A stretch of DNA of 64,000 bases, taken from the NCBI GenBank assembly GCA_030867685.1, contig JAQOWU010000007.1:248001-312000 (forward strand). Reading direction: 5' to 3'. Made by a program: the position numbers and the translations under genes. The number at the start of each line of letters is the position of its first letter. Position 1 is the stretch's first letter. Below the pieces are notes generated by a model, which worked only from the letters and a program-made list of their open reading frames with translations, made no database searches and was not told the origin of the DNA. Shown piece by piece: positions 62,768 to 64,000 of the stretch. The DNA is from Wickerhamiella versatilis. Taxonomy: Eukaryota.

Positions 62768-64000
62768 CTAGTACAAGTACAACGTGATACCCAAATCTTC
62801 TGCAACGTTCCACCAATCGCAAAGTTCGCCTCTGCGTCTCCGTGAGTGTACTTCATCCACAAGCTTTATCTCTTCATCACGATTGCATAGGGAACTCTCT
62901 TGCATATACGAGAGCCATCGCTCGTACCTAGTCCTGAGCTTTTCATCATGACCTGAAACTTCGCATGCACCAACAAACCCAACAAAGAAAAAGGGTACGC
63001 TGGTGACAGATTCAAATGTCTTGTTAAGGTAGGTAATTGCGTCCAAATGCTGGATAATACTAAGTACAAATCTCTGGAGTAACTCAGGATTCACACCCTT
63101 GACCGCCCGGTAGTGATACAGAACCAGACAGTCAAAAAATGCAAGCGTATGGTGGTTTATTATGGCAAGTCGCCTGGCCTGTTTTCCCGCAGCAGAATTC
63201 TCAGCCGCTGAGGAGAGAATGCTAGGCGGCGTATAATGCTTGTGCCAGTTTTCAAAGGCTGCTTCTAGTGCGGTGCTCTTCTGAATATGCTTTTCATCCA
63301 AAAAAGTATTGGGTTGCTTTTTTCTCTCGGTTAAGGCTGCCTGGGAAATAAGAACTGTCTCCTTAAATAGGAAGATCAGTGAGTTTGGCAGGCCCCAAGT
63401 GAGCTCTAAAGACTGTGCGACTCGGTCTGTCAACGGGTCTACAGTGTACTGGGAGAAGTATTCATTCAGCTCTAAAGGATTCTTCATGTAGTCCAATTTA
63501 AGATGAGGCCATTCTTTCATCCCTAGTTTTTTAACATCTTCATGAACATCAGACTGAAATGGTGAAAGTTTCTCAAACGCTCTGTCTATCCAATCATCGC
63601 TGTCGAGAAAACCACCCCCGACTGGATTAAAAACTGAACCAGATACCTTCATCAGTAGGACGGATATCGCGAGACACTGATGTATCATTCGGTCCCTATC
63701 ACTCATATTTGGTTGATTGCTGAGTCGGAGGTTAACCAACCTCTGGGCAGATACCAACAATTTATCCGCATCAGGGCCGTTTGTGACTCGTTCCACTAAT
63801 ACCATTAATTGGATAGCTATCAATAGGTCCTGGTATTTTCCGACCCCTTCACCGCGAAAACACTCATTTAGCGATGACCTTGCAACCTTATGGCACTGTG
63901 ATGCAATATTATAATACTCATCTTTTGCATCTCTATCAGTGCAATATTTGCGCGCTAGGTGGTATGCCGCTATTGCTTCTGCACCATACAATATGCAATT
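62768..64000 (-). CDS. Fungal-specific transcription factor (Fungal_trans_2 / Arg81-like C-terminal region), 5'-truncated by window edge
   Basis: Frame open to the window end; AAYHL, LELTWGLPNSL, FVGACE and terminal DWWNV..DLG pattern typical of this family. The Zn2Cys6 domain would lie outside the window. Confidence 0.75.
   Translation of the reverse strand, partial: NCILYGAEAIAAYHLARKYCTDRDAKDEYYNIASQCHKVARSSLNECFRGEGVGKYQDLLIAIQLMVLVERVTNGPDADKLLVSAQRLVNLRLSNQPNMSDRDRMIHQCLAISVLLMKVSGSVFNPVGGGFLDSDDWIDRAFEKLSPFQSDVHEDVKKLGMKEWPHLKLDYMKNPLELNEYFSQYTVDPLTDRVAQSLELTWGLPNSLIFLFKETVLISQAALTERKKQPNTFLDEKHIQKSTALEAAFENWHKHYTPPSILSSAAENSAAGKQARRLAIINHHTLAFFDCLVLYHYRAVKGVNPELLQRFVLSIIQHLDAITYLNKTFESVTSVPFFFVGFVGACEVSGHDEKLRTRYERWLSYMQESSLCNRDEEIKLVDEVHSRRRRGELCDWWNVAEDLGITLYLY

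Overview
Gene-dense, essentially intron-free eukaryotic DNA from a budding yeast (Saccharomycotina). It is most plausibly the Wickerhamiella/Starmerella (W/S) clade, inferred from a bacterial-type Adh, many other bacterial-looking enzymes and a dispersed 5S rRNA gene. The window holds about 37 protein-coding genes and almost no core informational genes. It reads as an accessory region for detoxification, redox and nutrient scavenging: hydrolases, oxidoreductases, permeases and secreted or GPI-anchored proteins. About ten genes resemble bacterial families more than yeast ones: epoxide hydrolase, KatE-type catalase, YncA/MnaT GNAT, AdhP, DUF924, GH3, NAD(P)H:quinone reductase, choline-oxidase-like GMC, DUF1932 dehydrogenase and a Cys-type sulfatase. 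Several show signs of eukaryotic 'domestication'. The catalase has a signal peptide and N-glycosylation sequons. Adh and DUF924 have mitochondrial-type presequences in front of the retained bacterial start Met. Cbf1-like motifs lie in the sulfatase/permease shared promoter. Other highlights are a solitary 5S rRNA gene, a tandem trio of small secreted proteins, two GPI-tethered hydrolases, and a possible AKR/class II aldolase/ketopantoate-reductase/TF cluster with duplicated ATCTGATAA (iron-GATA-type) motifs. All family and origin assignments come from motif recognition and memory; no searches were run.
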